A stretch of DNA of 42,927 nucleotides from an uncultured Candidatus Saccharibacteria bacterium (GCA_964397155.1 CAYNHB010000003.1:1-42927), one strand, 5' to 3'. Shown: positions 16,037 to 25,970, numbered from the stretch's first letter. Notes: a model not told the origin generated them from the sequence alone. Numbers and translations: made by a program.

Positions 16037-17884
16037 ATGGAAAACAGTAAAACAAATTTTTTTGGATTGACTAATTTCAGGAATGAGAAAAGAAAATTTG
16101 GCATAAAAACCGATGACAGGCGGAGGCATTTTTATTGCATAGGGAAAACCGGCATGGGAAAGTCCAATTTAATGGAGAATATGGCAATTCAGGATATACA
16201 AGAGGGAAGAGGCGTGGCCTATGTTGATCCGCATGGGGAAGGAGCTGAAAAATTGATTGATTTCGTTCCAGCAAAAAGGGTCAATGATGTGGTGTATTTT
16301 AATCCAGCTGACCTTGATTACCCAATAGCTTTTAATGTTATGGAAAAAGTGGATTTTAGATTTAGGCATTTGGTTGCGGGAGGACTGATGGGGGTTTTTA
16401 AAAAAGTTTGGCCGGATGTTTGGTCAGCAAGAATGGAATACATTTTAAACAATGCTATATTAGCGCTTTTGGAGTATCCTGACACAACTCTTTTGGGAGT
16501 AAACAGAATGTTGGCTGATCCTGAATATAGGGAAAAAGTGGTTGCAAAAATTACAGATCCGATTGTAAAATCGTTCTGGGTTACAGAGTATGCCAGATAT
16601 ACCCAAAGGTACGAGATAGAAGCTACGGCTGCGATACAAAACAAAGTGGGGCAGTTTATTTCGAATCCTCTTATAAGAGATATTATAGGCCAGACAAAAT
16701 CCACAATAAACATGAGGGATATCATGGATAAAGAAAGAATATTTATAATGGATTTGTCTAAAGGTAGAATTGGCGAAGACAATTCAAGATTATTGGGCGC
16801 TCTTTTAATTACAAAGTTACAGTTGGCTGCAATGTCCAGAGTTGATATTCCAGAAGAAGACAGAAAAGATTTTTACTTATATGTTGATGAATTCCAAAAC
16901 TTTGCCACAGAATCATTTGCCAATATTTTGTCTGAGGCGAGAAAATACCGTTTAAACATTACGCTTGGCCACCAATATATTACTCAAATGGAAGAGGAAG
17001 TCAGGGACGCGGTTTTTGGCAACGTTGGAACGCTGGCTGTTTTTAGAATAGGCGCAGAGGACGCAGAATTTTTGGAAAGAGAATTTACTCCTGAATTTAC
17101 CGCAGAAGATTTGGTTAATTTGCCAAAGTACAATATTTATTTAAAATTGATGATAGACGGAATCTCAGGCCATCCTTTTTCAGCTGAAACCCTTCCTCCG
17201 CCTACCCCTTTAAAAGATTCTAACAGGCAGAAGATCATAAAGGCCTCAAGAGAAAGATACGGGGTAAGGCGCGAAATAGTGGACGAAAAAATTTCTAGGT
17301 GGTCGGGGTTTGTCGATGGAGAGGATGTAAGGAAAAAGGCATCCGGCAATAAGCAGAACCAGGTTAAGCCAAATGGTTTTTATGCGCCAGAGGGAAGGAT
17401 TCAGCCGGACGGGCAAACAGTCCTTTACGACACAGTTTGTTCCAGTTGTGGCAAATCCACAAAAGTTATTTTTCCTCCCACAGAAGGAAGGGCTGTTTAT
17501 TGCAAGTCGTGCCTTAAAAAATTGAAAGAAAATAAAATAAAAGAGGAAGAGCAAGGAAAGTCACCCGGCAAAAGCGCCAGGCAAGAGTTTAAGATAGAAA
17601 ATGTTTTTTTTCATAAATCCAAAAAATCCAAAGAAGATTTTTCTGATTCTAAACAAAAATCAAGAAAAGAAATAAACTTGTCTGAATTGCGTAAAGCTCT
17701 AGAGGAATCGTTGGTGGATGAAGTAGAGAAAAAATCTCCGGAATTAGTTAAAGAAAAATTAAAACAGAGAATACAAGAAGAAAAACAAGAAGATGAAGTT
17801 CAGAAGGTTTTAGGAGAAAAAAGAGAAAAACAAGATGGCGATAAAAAAGGAGAAATAAAACCCGGGCAAACCGTAAAACTTTAA
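16037..17884 (+). CDS. TraD/VirD4/HerA-like ATPase with C-terminal CxxC-x17-CxxC zinc domain
   Basis: GKTGMGKS, DPHG, LYVDEFQNF, LSEARKY; CSSC...PTEGRAVYCKSC. Confidence 0.87.
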   Translation: MENSKTNFFGLTNFRNEKRKFGIKTDDRRRHFYCIGKTGMGKSNLMENMAIQDIQEGRGVAYVDPHGEGAEKLIDFVPAKRVNDVVYFNPADLDYPIAFNVMEKVDFRFRHLVAGGLMGVFKKVWPDVWSARMEYILNNAILALLEYPDTTLLGVNRMLADPEYREKVVAKITDPIVKSFWVTEYARYTQRYEIEATAAIQNKVGQFISNPLIRDIIGQTKSTINMRDIMDKERIFIMDLSKGRIGEDNSRLLGALLITKLQLAAMSRVDIPEEDRKDFYLYVDEFQNFATESFANILSEARKYRLNITLGHQYITQMEEEVRDAVFGNVGTLAVFRIGAEDAEFLEREFTPEFTAEDLVNLPKYNIYLKLMIDGISGHPFSAETLPPPTPLKDSNRQKIIKASRERYGVRREIVDEKISRWSGFVDGEDVRKKASGNKQNQVKPNGFYAPEGRIQPDGQTVLYDTVCSSCGKSTKVIFPPTEGRAVYCKSCLKKLKENKIKEEEQGKSPGKSARQEFKIENVFFHKSKKSKEDFSDSKQKSRKEINLSELRKALEESLVDEVEKKSPELVKEKLKQRIQEEKQEDEVQKVLGEKREKQDGDKKGEIKPGQTVKL

Positions 17885-17894
17885 ATCACGCTAA

Positions 17895-18932
17895 ATGTTT
17901 AAAACAATAAAAGATATTAATTTAACAGACAAACGCGTTTTGGTAAGGTGTGATTTTAATGTGCCCCTTGATGAAAAAGGCAACATTACAGATGATTTTC
18001 GCATTAAAAAAACCCTACCAACTATAAAATGCCTTATTGAGAACAAGGCAAAAATAATTTTAATGAGCCATTTGGGAGACCCTCAGGGCCCAGACCCAAA
18101 ATTTAAAATGGATAAGGTTGCTGAAAAGCTGTCTGAATATGTTGGTTTTCCTGTGGCAAAAGAAACAGATTGTGTGGGGCCGGAAGCCGAGGCATCTGCT
18201 AATAATTTGGAGCCAGGTCAGATTTTATTGCTTGAAAACTTAAGGTTTTATAAACAAGAAAAAGAAAATGATCCTGATTTTGCAGAAAAACTTTCTTATT
18301 TAGGAGATGTTTACGTAAATGATGCCTTTTCAGCAAGCCACAGGGCACATGCTTCTATTGCCGGAGTGCCAAAGTTTTTATCAAGTTGCGCAGGGCTTTT
18401 GCTGGAAAGCGAAATTTATGCTTTAGATAAAATTGCGAACAATCCCGAAAAGCCAATGATTGTCATTATCGGTGGCAAAAAAGTGGAAACAAAATCAAAA
18501 TTCATTAATAAAATTTCACAGGTTGCAGGCGCTGTTATTGTGAGCGGCTTGATTAAAAAAGAAGTTTTAGAAAAAAATATACAATTTGAACATCCAGAAA
18601 AAATAATCGGGCCTTCAGGAGACCTCAGCGCTTTAGATATTAACGAAGAGTCAATAAAATTATTTGAAGAAAAAATATTAGGAGCCAAAACTATTTTATG
18701 GAATGGCCCGTTTGGAAAATTTGAAAACAAAAAATACGAAAAAGGCACCTTGGCTATTGCTAATGCTATTATTAAAAGCGGTGCGTTCTCGCTTGTTGGA
18801 GGCGGAGAGACTATTGAGTTTTTAGCCAAGCGCGGTATAATAGATAAGTTCAACCATGTATCAACCGGCGGGGGAGCAATGATGGCTTATTTGTCAGGAG
18901 AAAAAATTCCTGGCTTAGAAGCATTAAAATAA
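17895..18932 (+). CDS. pgk: Phosphoglycerate kinase (short form)
   Basis: RCDFNVP, SHLG, LLENLRF, NDAF, WNGPFG.FE, GGGET, HVSTGGGA. Confidence 0.95.
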   Translation: MFKTIKDINLTDKRVLVRCDFNVPLDEKGNITDDFRIKKTLPTIKCLIENKAKIILMSHLGDPQGPDPKFKMDKVAEKLSEYVGFPVAKETDCVGPEAEASANNLEPGQILLLENLRFYKQEKENDPDFAEKLSYLGDVYVNDAFSASHRAHASIAGVPKFLSSCAGLLLESEIYALDKIANNPEKPMIVIIGGKKVETKSKFINKISQVAGAVIVSGLIKKEVLEKNIQFEHPEKIIGPSGDLSALDINEESIKLFEEKILGAKTILWNGPFGKFENKKYEKGTLAIANAIIKSGAFSLVGGGETIEFLAKRGIIDKFNHVSTGGGAMMAYLSGEKIPGLEALK

Positions 18933-18933
18933 T

Positions 18934-20088
18934 ATGAGTAAAATTAAAAACATAGAAAAAGCTGCAGATAGGATAAAAAAAGCGGTCCAGGGCAAGGAGC
19001 GTATTATTTTGTACGGTGACTCTGATTTAGATGGCATATCTTCTGTTGTGATGTTAGAAGAGGCAATAAAGAGTTTGGGGGGCAAAATTTCTTGCGCCTT
19101 TTTTCCTGACAGAGAAAAGAACGGATATGGCATAAACGTTCGTGCTTTAGAATTGTTAAAAGAAAAAGCTCCCGCGCTATTTATTACTTTAGATCTTGGC
19201 ATTGGGAATGTAAAAGAAGTTGCTCTGGCAAATGAAATGGGCTTTGAAGTATTGATTGTCGACCACCACGAAACTCTTGACGGAATTCCTAATGCCTCAA
19301 TTATAGTTGACCCCAAACAGCCAGATGATAAATATCCGTTCAAAGGCCTTGCCAATGCTGGGGTTACTTATAACCTTTGCCTTGAATTATTGGGTAGCAA
19401 CATTTCAGAGGGTCTAAAAAACAATTTTGCGGAAATGGCAGCTTTAGGCACCATTGCTGATATGGTTCCGCAAACTGAACAAAACGCTGAGATTATTGAA
19501 CTTGGGTTAAACTCTTTAGAAAAAACTTTCCGCCCTGGCTTAAGGGCCTTTTTTGATATTTTTGAACAAGAAAAAGTTCCTATGATTCGGGAAATGTATG
19601 TACAAAAAATAATATCTGCCTTAAATGCGGCAGAATCCGTAAATTTTGAAAATGAGTCGTATGTTTTTTTAACTTCTTTTGACCCTAAAAAATGTAAAGA
19701 AATGGCGCAGATGCTTTTAGGAAAAAATTTTTACAAACAGCAGCAAATTAAAAATATTGTTTCAGAAATTGAAAGGAGGATTTTGAAAAGCCCCGATGGC
19801 CCGATTATTTTTGAAGGAGATCCTGCGTGGAGATTGGTGCTGGCTGGATCTGTTGCTTCAATAATTTCTTCAAAATACCAAAAACCAACTTTTATTTTTA
19901 GAAAAATGGATAAAGAATCCTGCGGTTCTGTGAGAAATCCAAAAGGTACCAACTCTGTTAACGCAATGAAAACTTGCGACAAATTTTTAATAACTTATGG
20001 GGGACATGCTGAGGCATCGGGATTCCGCATTAAAAACCAAGACCTTGAAGAATTTAAAAAATGCCTAGAAAAATACTTCACCAAATAA
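18934..20088 (+). CDS. recJ: RecJ-like DHH/DHHA1 phosphoesterase lacking the C-terminal OB region
   Basis: YGDSDLDG, PDREKNGYG, VDHH, GTIADMV, GSVR, YGGHAEASG. Confidence 0.8.
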   Translation: MSKIKNIEKAADRIKKAVQGKERIILYGDSDLDGISSVVMLEEAIKSLGGKISCAFFPDREKNGYGINVRALELLKEKAPALFITLDLGIGNVKEVALANEMGFEVLIVDHHETLDGIPNASIIVDPKQPDDKYPFKGLANAGVTYNLCLELLGSNISEGLKNNFAEMAALGTIADMVPQTEQNAEIIELGLNSLEKTFRPGLRAFFDIFEQEKVPMIREMYVQKIISALNAAESVNFENESYVFLTSFDPKKCKEMAQMLLGKNFYKQQQIKNIVSEIERRILKSPDGPIIFEGDPAWRLVLAGSVASIISSKYQKPTFIFRKMDKESCGSVRNPKGTNSVNAMKTCDKFLITYGGHAEASGFRIKNQDLEEFKKCLEKYFTK

Positions 20089-20149
20089 ACCACCCCGGGT
20101 CAAAACCCGGTTTTTTGTTTGTTTTTGGAAAATAGTGTAAAATATATGA

Positions 20150-20527
20150 ATGACATTGGATATAAACAATCTTACTAAGTTTAAAGTAGACAAGAAAAGT
20201 TTTACACAGGTTGCAAAAAAAGTGTTATCAGGCGAAAATAGAGAAACGGAGTCGTTGTCTCTGGCTTTTATTAGTAAAGAAGAGATACAAGAGTTAAATG
20301 GAAAACACCGTAAGAAAGACAAGCCCACAGACGTGCTTTCTTTTAATTTAAAAGAAAAGGGATATTTGGGTGAAATAGTTATTTGTCCGGAAGTTGTAAA
20401 AGAAGGGGAGATGTTAAGGGTTTTTATACACGGCATTTTACATTTGCTGGGGTATGACCATGAGAAAAATAAAAAAGAGTCCGAGAAAATGGAAAAAAAA
20501 GAAAAATTTTATCTAAACAAAATCTAA
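20150..20527 (+). CDS. ybeY: rRNA maturation endonuclease YbeY
   Basis: DKPTDVLSF, LGEIVIC, HGILHLLGYDH. Confidence 0.95.
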   Translation: MTLDINNLTKFKVDKKSFTQVAKKVLSGENRETESLSLAFISKEEIQELNGKHRKKDKPTDVLSFNLKEKGYLGEIVICPEVVKEGEMLRVFIHGILHLLGYDHEKNKKESEKMEKKEKFYLNKI

Positions 20528-20531
20528 AATT

Positions 20532-21830
20532 ATGTCGAGAGGTAACATTGTCGCTGGTTTGGATATAGGGACGCACAGCTTAAAGGCATTGGTTGTGCAG
20601 AAAAAGCAGAAAAAATGGGAGGCCTTGTCTTACGCAGAGATTCCTTGTTTTGGTTTGCGCAAAGGGGCTGTTGAAAATTCCGGTGTTGAGGAAGTTTCAA
20701 AAAATATCCAGATGATAATGTCTGGAGTTGAAAAGGACTGCGGGAAAAAGATAAATTCTGTTTTTGTTAATATAGGCGGAAGCCATCTTCATGTTTTGCC
20801 TTCAGACGGCATTATTTCTGTTTCAAGGGCTGACCAAAGAATTTCAAAAGAAGACGTTGATAGGGTTTTGCAGGCAACTAAAGCCATAAATATGTCCAGG
20901 AATGACGAAGTTTTAGATGTGATTCCAAAAGAATTTATTATTGACGACCAAAAAGGCATAAAACAGCCGGTTAATTTAATAGGAATACGCCTTGAGGCAA
21001 AAGTTTTGCTTTTGTGTTATTTTCAGCAATATTTTACAAACCTTACGCAAGCAGTTTTAGCAGCAAAATTGCAGATTGACGATGTGGTGCCTTCTCCTCT
21101 AGCTGCTGCAAACGCTGTTTTAACCCCCCGACAAAAAGAACTGGGAATCGCTTTGATTGACATGGGTGCTGCCACAACATCTCTGGCAGTTTTTGAGGAA
21201 GGGGATTTAATACATTTGGCTGTTTTTCCAATTGGATCTGCTAACATTACAAATGACATAGCCATAGGGCTTAAAACAGATGTGTCTATTGCTGAAAGTA
21301 TAAAAAAACAACACGGCACCTGTATGCTTTCAAAAAAGGATAGCTTAATATCTGCTTCGAATAAAAAAATCCGTCAGGCAACAGATAAAAAAAAGATAGA
21401 AATTTTTTCCGCCAAAGGCGGACCAGCTTCGGGCTGGGATCCGTCGTTAAATTTTACAAAAAAGTCGTTAGTAAATATTATAGAACCAAGAATTTCTGAA
21501 ATTTTAGATTTGGTTCAAAAGGAATTGAAAAAAATAGGCAGGCAAGGTTCGCTTCCTGGAGGAGTTGTGCTTACTGGCGGAGGTGTAAAGATTTCAAAGA
21601 TGAAAGAATTTACAAGAGAAACATTAAAATTATCCTGTGAAATAGGGATTCCCTGCCTAGCCGGCAGGCAGGCTAATCAAATTGCAGGCGTGCAAGAAGA
21701 CCCTGCTTTAGCCACTGTAACAGGCCTTGTTTTAGAGGGGCTTGATTTTGACGACGAAGAGGGTATACTGGGAGTTGCTAAGGGATGGGGCTCTAAATTC
21801 AAAAAAATGTTTAGGGCTTTTATCCCATAA
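20532..21830 (+). CDS. ftsA: Cell division protein FtsA
   Basis: GLDIGT, GLRKG, GIRLEA, IDMGAATT, ITNDIA, GVVLTGGG. Confidence 0.95.
   Translation: MSRGNIVAGLDIGTHSLKALVVQKKQKKWEALSYAEIPCFGLRKGAVENSGVEEVSKNIQMIMSGVEKDCGKKINSVFVNIGGSHLHVLPSDGIISVSRADQRISKEDVDRVLQATKAINMSRNDEVLDVIPKEFIIDDQKGIKQPVNLIGIRLEAKVLLLCYFQQYFTNLTQAVLAAKLQIDDVVPSPLAAANAVLTPRQKELGIALIDMGAATTSLAVFEEGDLIHLAVFPIGSANITNDIAIGLKTDVSIAESIKKQHGTCMLSKKDSLISASNKKIRQATDKKKIEIFSAKGGPASGWDPSLNFTKKSLVNIIEPRISEILDLVQKELKKIGRQGSLPGGVVLTGGGVKISKMKEFTRETLKLSCEIGIPCLAGRQANQIAGVQEDPALATVTGLVLEGLDFDDEEGILGVAKGWGSKFKKMFRAFIP
21408..21437. repeat. 30-bp double-hairpin repeat in frame in ftsA (SAKGGPASGW)
   Basis: TCCGCC-aaa-GGCGGA CCAGCT-tcg-GGCTGG. 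Confidence 0.82.
21652..21672. repeat. Second palindromic insert type in ftsA (CLAGRQA)
   Basis: CCTGCCT-agccggc-AGGCAGG, a GC-rich palindrome in an AT-rich gene. Confidence 0.65.
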
Positions 21831-21850
21831 ATTTTTTAGATTTTAAAGCA

Positions 21851-22822
21851 ATGTTTCCAGTAATAAAAGTTATTGGAGTTGGCGGCTCTGGATCTAATAC
21901 TGTTTCTCGCATGGTCAAACGTGGGATTTCTGGCGTGGAATTATTGGCTGTAAACACAGATGCCCAGGCGCTCCATTTTTCAAAAGGACCAAAGAGCCAA
22001 CCCAAAAAGATTTTAATAGGCAAAAATATTACTCATGGTTTAGGCACCGGCATGGATGCTGATTTAGGTAAAAAGGCAGCAGAAGAATCAAAACAGGAGA
22101 TTATATCCGCCCTAGGCGGACCCGCCTCGGGCGGGGAAAAACCGCAAAAATTGACTGATTTAGTTTTTATTACTTGTGGGTTTGGAGGAGGCACGGGGTC
22201 CGGGGCTTCTCCTGTTGTTGCTGAGATTGCAAAAGATCTCGGCATTTTGAGTGTTGCAGTTATAACAACCCCGTTTTCTTTTGAAGGAGAGCAGAGAAAG
22301 AAAATTGCAGAAACAGCTTTGGAGAATTTAAAAGACAAAGTAGATTCTTTGTTGATAATTTCAAATGACAGGCTGTTAAAAGTTATTGATGAAAAAACAA
22401 CTGTTTCAGACGCGTTTTTAATTTGCGACGATGTTTTAAGCCAGGCAGTTCAGGGTATTACGGATTTAATTACAGTTCCCGGGATTATAAATATTGATTT
22501 TGCATCTGTTGCCTCTATTATAAAAAAATCAGGAAGAGCCGTGTTTGGCACTGGAAAAGCATCTGGAGAAGGCAGGGCTGTGAGGGCAGCGGAACAAGCC
22601 ATTAGGTCTCCTTTATTGGATTTTTCAACTCAAGGTTCAAAAGGGGTTTTATTTAATGTTTCAGGGTATGATATTACTTTAAACGAAGTGCAGGAAGCAG
22701 CAAAAGTTATAACAAGCAATGTTGACCCACGGGCGCAAGTTATTTTTGGAGCGGTAGCTGGCAAAAATAATGGGCTTAAAAAAGGAGAGCTTAAAATTTC
22801 GGTAATAGCTACAAAAATCTAA
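21851..22822 (+). CDS. ftsZ: FtsZ (atypical: no C-terminal tail, altered T7 loop)
   Basis: IKVIGVGG, NTDAQAL, GFGGGTGSG, PFSFEG, AIRSPLL; follows ftsA. Confidence 0.92.
   Translation: MFPVIKVIGVGGSGSNTVSRMVKRGISGVELLAVNTDAQALHFSKGPKSQPKKILIGKNITHGLGTGMDADLGKKAAEESKQEIISALGGPASGGEKPQKLTDLVFITCGFGGGTGSGASPVVAEIAKDLGILSVAVITTPFSFEGEQRKKIAETALENLKDKVDSLLIISNDRLLKVIDEKTTVSDAFLICDDVLSQAVQGITDLITVPGIINIDFASVASIIKKSGRAVFGTGKASGEGRAVRAAEQAIRSPLLDFSTQGSKGVLFNVSGYDITLNEVQEAAKVITSNVDPRAQVIFGAVAGKNNGLKKGELKISVIATKI
22106..22135. repeat. 30-bp double-hairpin repeat in frame in ftsZ (SALGGPASGG)
   Basis: Identical to 2135-2164, and both are followed by GAAA. Confidence 0.9.
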
Positions 22823-22957
22823 TATTTTTTGACAAATAATGTTAAAAGTGGGGCGCTATGTGAGTTTTCCACAGAAATGAGTTTGAAACAGGGCTTGACC
22901 TGTTTTTTTAATGCGGTAAAATACAATAATCGTCGTTGAAAATTAGTAAGAAGAATG

Positions 22958-23039
22958 GGCATTTAAACAAACTTACTGTTCAGGAATGGTCCCAGAATTT
23001 TTGAACAGCGAGCTTGATTAAAAGCAAATGCCTTTTTTT
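22958..23039 (+). promoter_or_regulatory. Structured 5' leader of nrdD
   Basis: GGCATTT 22958-22964 pairs with AAATGCC 23026-23032, then T7; inner stem 22968-22986/22998-23016; promoter TTGACC-16-TAAAAT at 22895-22922. Confidence 0.5.
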
Positions 23040-23055
23040 GTCCCGTCAAAATAAT

Positions 23056-25224
23056 ATGACACAAGAAGAAAAACAATTAAAAAACCATATAGAAAAAATC
23101 CAAAAAAGAGATGGAAGGGTTGTTGATTTTGAGCAGGAAAAAATTACAAAAGCAATCCACAAGGCAATCGTTGCTTCAAACCAAGGCGATGGGGAGGAGT
23201 CAAGAAGAGTTTCAAACACTGTAGTAAAGCTTTTAAACAGAAGATTCAAAAAAGAAGAAGTGCCGGCAATTGAACAGATACAGGACATCGTTGAAGAGGC
23301 CTTAATTTTAGAAGATTTTGTTGAGACGGCAAAATCATACATTTTATATAGAGACCAAAGAAGGGCGATTCGTGAGGCCTCAAAAGTTACAGATGAATCT
23401 TCTGAAAAGGTGGATAGTTATTTAAAAGAAATTGACTGGCAGGTAAAAGAAAACGCCAACATGACTTATTCCTTGCAGGGCTTAAACCAATATGTGGGTT
23501 CATATATTTCAAAAAAATATTGGTTAAATAAAATTTATCCAAAAGAAATAAGGGAGGCAGCTGCAAACGAGGATTTTCATATTCATAACTTAGAATTGCT
23601 TGCTCCTTATTGCGCCGGTTGGGATTTATATGATTTTTTAGTAAAAGGTTTTGGGGGGGTTTCAGGAAAAATAGAATGCCGGCCTCCTAAGCATTTTAGA
23701 GTCGCATTAGGGCAATTGGTGAATGTTTTGTTTACTTTGCAAGGAGAAACAGCCGGAGCTAATGCTATTTCTAATTTTGACACTCTTTTAGCCCCGTTTA
23801 TCAGGTATGACAAACTTGATTACAAACAAGTAAAGCAGGCAATGCAGGAGTTTTTGTATAATTGTATGGTGCCAACCCGCGTTGGATTCCAAACCCCGTT
23901 TTTAAATGTTTCTTTAGATATTAATCCTCCTAGTTTTTTAATTAACCAGCCGGTAATTATTGGAGGAGAGCCCCAGAACGAAACTTATGGGGAGTTTCAG
24001 CCGGAGATAGACATGTTTATAAAGGCATTTTACGAAGGGCTAATGGAGGGAGACGCTTCTGGCAGGCCGTTTACTTTTCCAATACCAACAGTTTCAATAA
24101 CAAAGGATTTTAACTGGGATAATCCCAATTTGTCTGGCATGTGGGAAGCAACAGCAAAATACGGCATAAATTATTTTTCAAATTTTATACATTCTGACAT
24201 GAGCCCGGACGATGCAAGGTCTATGTGCTGCCGTTTGCGCCTTGATAACAGGGAGTTATATAAAAGAGGCGGGGGGTTGTTTGGCTCTTCCCCAAAAACA
24301 GGATCCATTGGCGTGGTTACTATTAACTTGCCTAGAATTGGCTACAATTCAAAAACAAAAACAGAATTTTTTGAAAAATTATCCCATTTAATGGAATTGG
24401 CAAAAGAAAGCTTGGAAATCAAAAGAAAGGCACTAGATGACTTTATGGACAAAGGCCTTTATCCATACGCAAGGTATTATTTGGCAGATGTTAAAAAAAT
24501 GAGAAACACTTATTTTGGGAATCATTTTTCTACTATTGGCATTATAGGAATGAACGAATCTTTGCGCAATTTTTTAGGAGAAGATATAACAACAGAAAAA
24601 GGGAAAAAGTTTGCTGTTGAGATTTTAGATTTTATGAGAGATAAAATGATAAAATTTCAGGAGGAGACCGGAAATTTATTTAATTTGGAAGCCACTCCCG
24701 GAGAAGGCACCAGTTATAGGCAGGCAAAAAGCGATAAAGAAAGATATCCTGACATTATTACAGCTGGCACTTCGGAAGTTCCTTACTACACAAACTCAAG
24801 CCAGTTGCCAGTTGGTTTTACAGACGACGTATTTCAAGCTCTTGACCTGCAGAACGATATTCAAACAAAATATACGGGCGGGACAGTATTGCATGTGTTT
24901 TTGGGAGAGAAAGTTTCAGATCCAAATATGGCGAAGGTTTTGGTTAAAAAGATTTTTGAGAAATATAGTTTGCCTTATATAACACTGACTCCTACATTTT
25001 CAATTTGTCCCACTCACGGATATTTGTCAGGAGAGCATTTTGAGTGCCCGCAGTGTACAATAAAACAGCCGTGCGAGGTTTATACAAGGGTTGTGGGGTA
25101 TATTAGACCTGTGCAGCAGTGGCACAAAGGGAAGCAAGAGGAATATAAAGAAAGAAAAGAATTTTTAGAGCCCGTGCAGGCAAACGGAGTTTTACAGAAG
25201 GCAGAGCAAAAAGCAACTGTATAA
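23056..25224 (+). CDS. nrdD: Anaerobic (class III) ribonucleoside-triphosphate reductase with ATP cone
   Basis: KRDGRVVDF ATP cone, YCAGW, FTFPIPT, SMCCRL, YTGGTVLH, glycyl-radical loop YTRVVGYIRPV. Confidence 0.95.
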   Translation: MTQEEKQLKNHIEKIQKRDGRVVDFEQEKITKAIHKAIVASNQGDGEESRRVSNTVVKLLNRRFKKEEVPAIEQIQDIVEEALILEDFVETAKSYILYRDQRRAIREASKVTDESSEKVDSYLKEIDWQVKENANMTYSLQGLNQYVGSYISKKYWLNKIYPKEIREAAANEDFHIHNLELLAPYCAGWDLYDFLVKGFGGVSGKIECRPPKHFRVALGQLVNVLFTLQGETAGANAISNFDTLLAPFIRYDKLDYKQVKQAMQEFLYNCMVPTRVGFQTPFLNVSLDINPPSFLINQPVIIGGEPQNETYGEFQPEIDMFIKAFYEGLMEGDASGRPFTFPIPTVSITKDFNWDNPNLSGMWEATAKYGINYFSNFIHSDMSPDDARSMCCRLRLDNRELYKRGGGLFGSSPKTGSIGVVTINLPRIGYNSKTKTEFFEKLSHLMELAKESLEIKRKALDDFMDKGLYPYARYYLADVKKMRNTYFGNHFSTIGIIGMNESLRNFLGEDITTEKGKKFAVEILDFMRDKMIKFQEETGNLFNLEATPGEGTSYRQAKSDKERYPDIITAGTSEVPYYTNSSQLPVGFTDDVFQALDLQNDIQTKYTGGTVLHVFLGEKVSDPNMAKVLVKKIFEKYSLPYITLTPTFSICPTHGYLSGEHFECPQCTIKQPCEVYTRVVGYIRPVQQWHKGKQEEYKERKEFLEPVQANGVLQKAEQKATV

Positions 25225-25230
25225 TCACTC

Positions 25231-25260
25231 GGCCCCGCTCAGCGGGGCCTCGTTTTTTTT
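25231..25260 (+). terminator. Terminator-like hairpin between nrdD and nrdG
   Basis: GGCCCCGC-tca-GCGGGGCC followed by tcgTTTTTTTT. Confidence 0.6.
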
Positions 25261-25265
25261 CTTAC

Positions 25266-25970
25266 ATGCTCATCGCTGGTATTCAAAAAACAACTTTAAT
25301 TGATTTTCCCGGCAAATTAGCTTGCACTGTTTTTTTAGCTGTATGCAATTTCAGGTGCCCTTGGTGTTATAGTAGGGAGCTTGTTTTGCCTTTGGAAATT
25401 GCAAAACAGCCCAGAATATCAGAAAAAGAATTTTTTGATTTTTTAAGGCAAAGGCAGGGTCAGCTTGAAGGTGTGGTTGTTTGCGGGGGAGAACCCACAG
25501 TAAACAAGGGTTTACTCCAATTTATTCAAAAGATAAAAGATTTAAGTTATGCAGTTAAGCTTGATACAAATGGCTCAAACCCTAAAATGCTAAAAAGTTT
25601 AGCCGAACATAATTTGATTGATTATGTTGCTATGGACATAAAATCTTCGCCTGATAGTGAAAATTATAAAAAAATTATGAGAGAGGGAGTAACTATGGAT
25701 AATATAAAAGATAGTGTGAAATTTTTGAAAAAGGGCCTGGTTGATTTTGAATTTAGAACAACAGTTGTTCCTGACGTGCACAAAAAACAAGATTTTATTG
25801 AAATAGCAAAATGGATAGGCGGTGAAAATGTTAAATATTATTTACAGAATTTTGTGCCCCAAAAAACAATTGACCCTATTTTTGAAAAAGTAAAACCATA
25901 TCCTGATGTATGGTTGAAAGAAGTTGCAGAAAGAATATCTCCGTATTTCAAAGAATGCAAAGTAAGGTAA
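25266..25970 (+). CDS. nrdG: Anaerobic RNR activating radical SAM enzyme
   Basis: CNFRCPWC, GGEPT, KLDTNGS, YVAMDIK, EFRTT. Confidence 0.93.
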   Translation: MLIAGIQKTTLIDFPGKLACTVFLAVCNFRCPWCYSRELVLPLEIAKQPRISEKEFFDFLRQRQGQLEGVVVCGGEPTVNKGLLQFIQKIKDLSYAVKLDTNGSNPKMLKSLAEHNLIDYVAMDIKSSPDSENYKKIMREGVTMDNIKDSVKFLKKGLVDFEFRTTVVPDVHKKQDFIEIAKWIGGENVKYYLQNFVPQKTIDPIFEKVKPYPDVWLKEVAERISPYFKECKVR

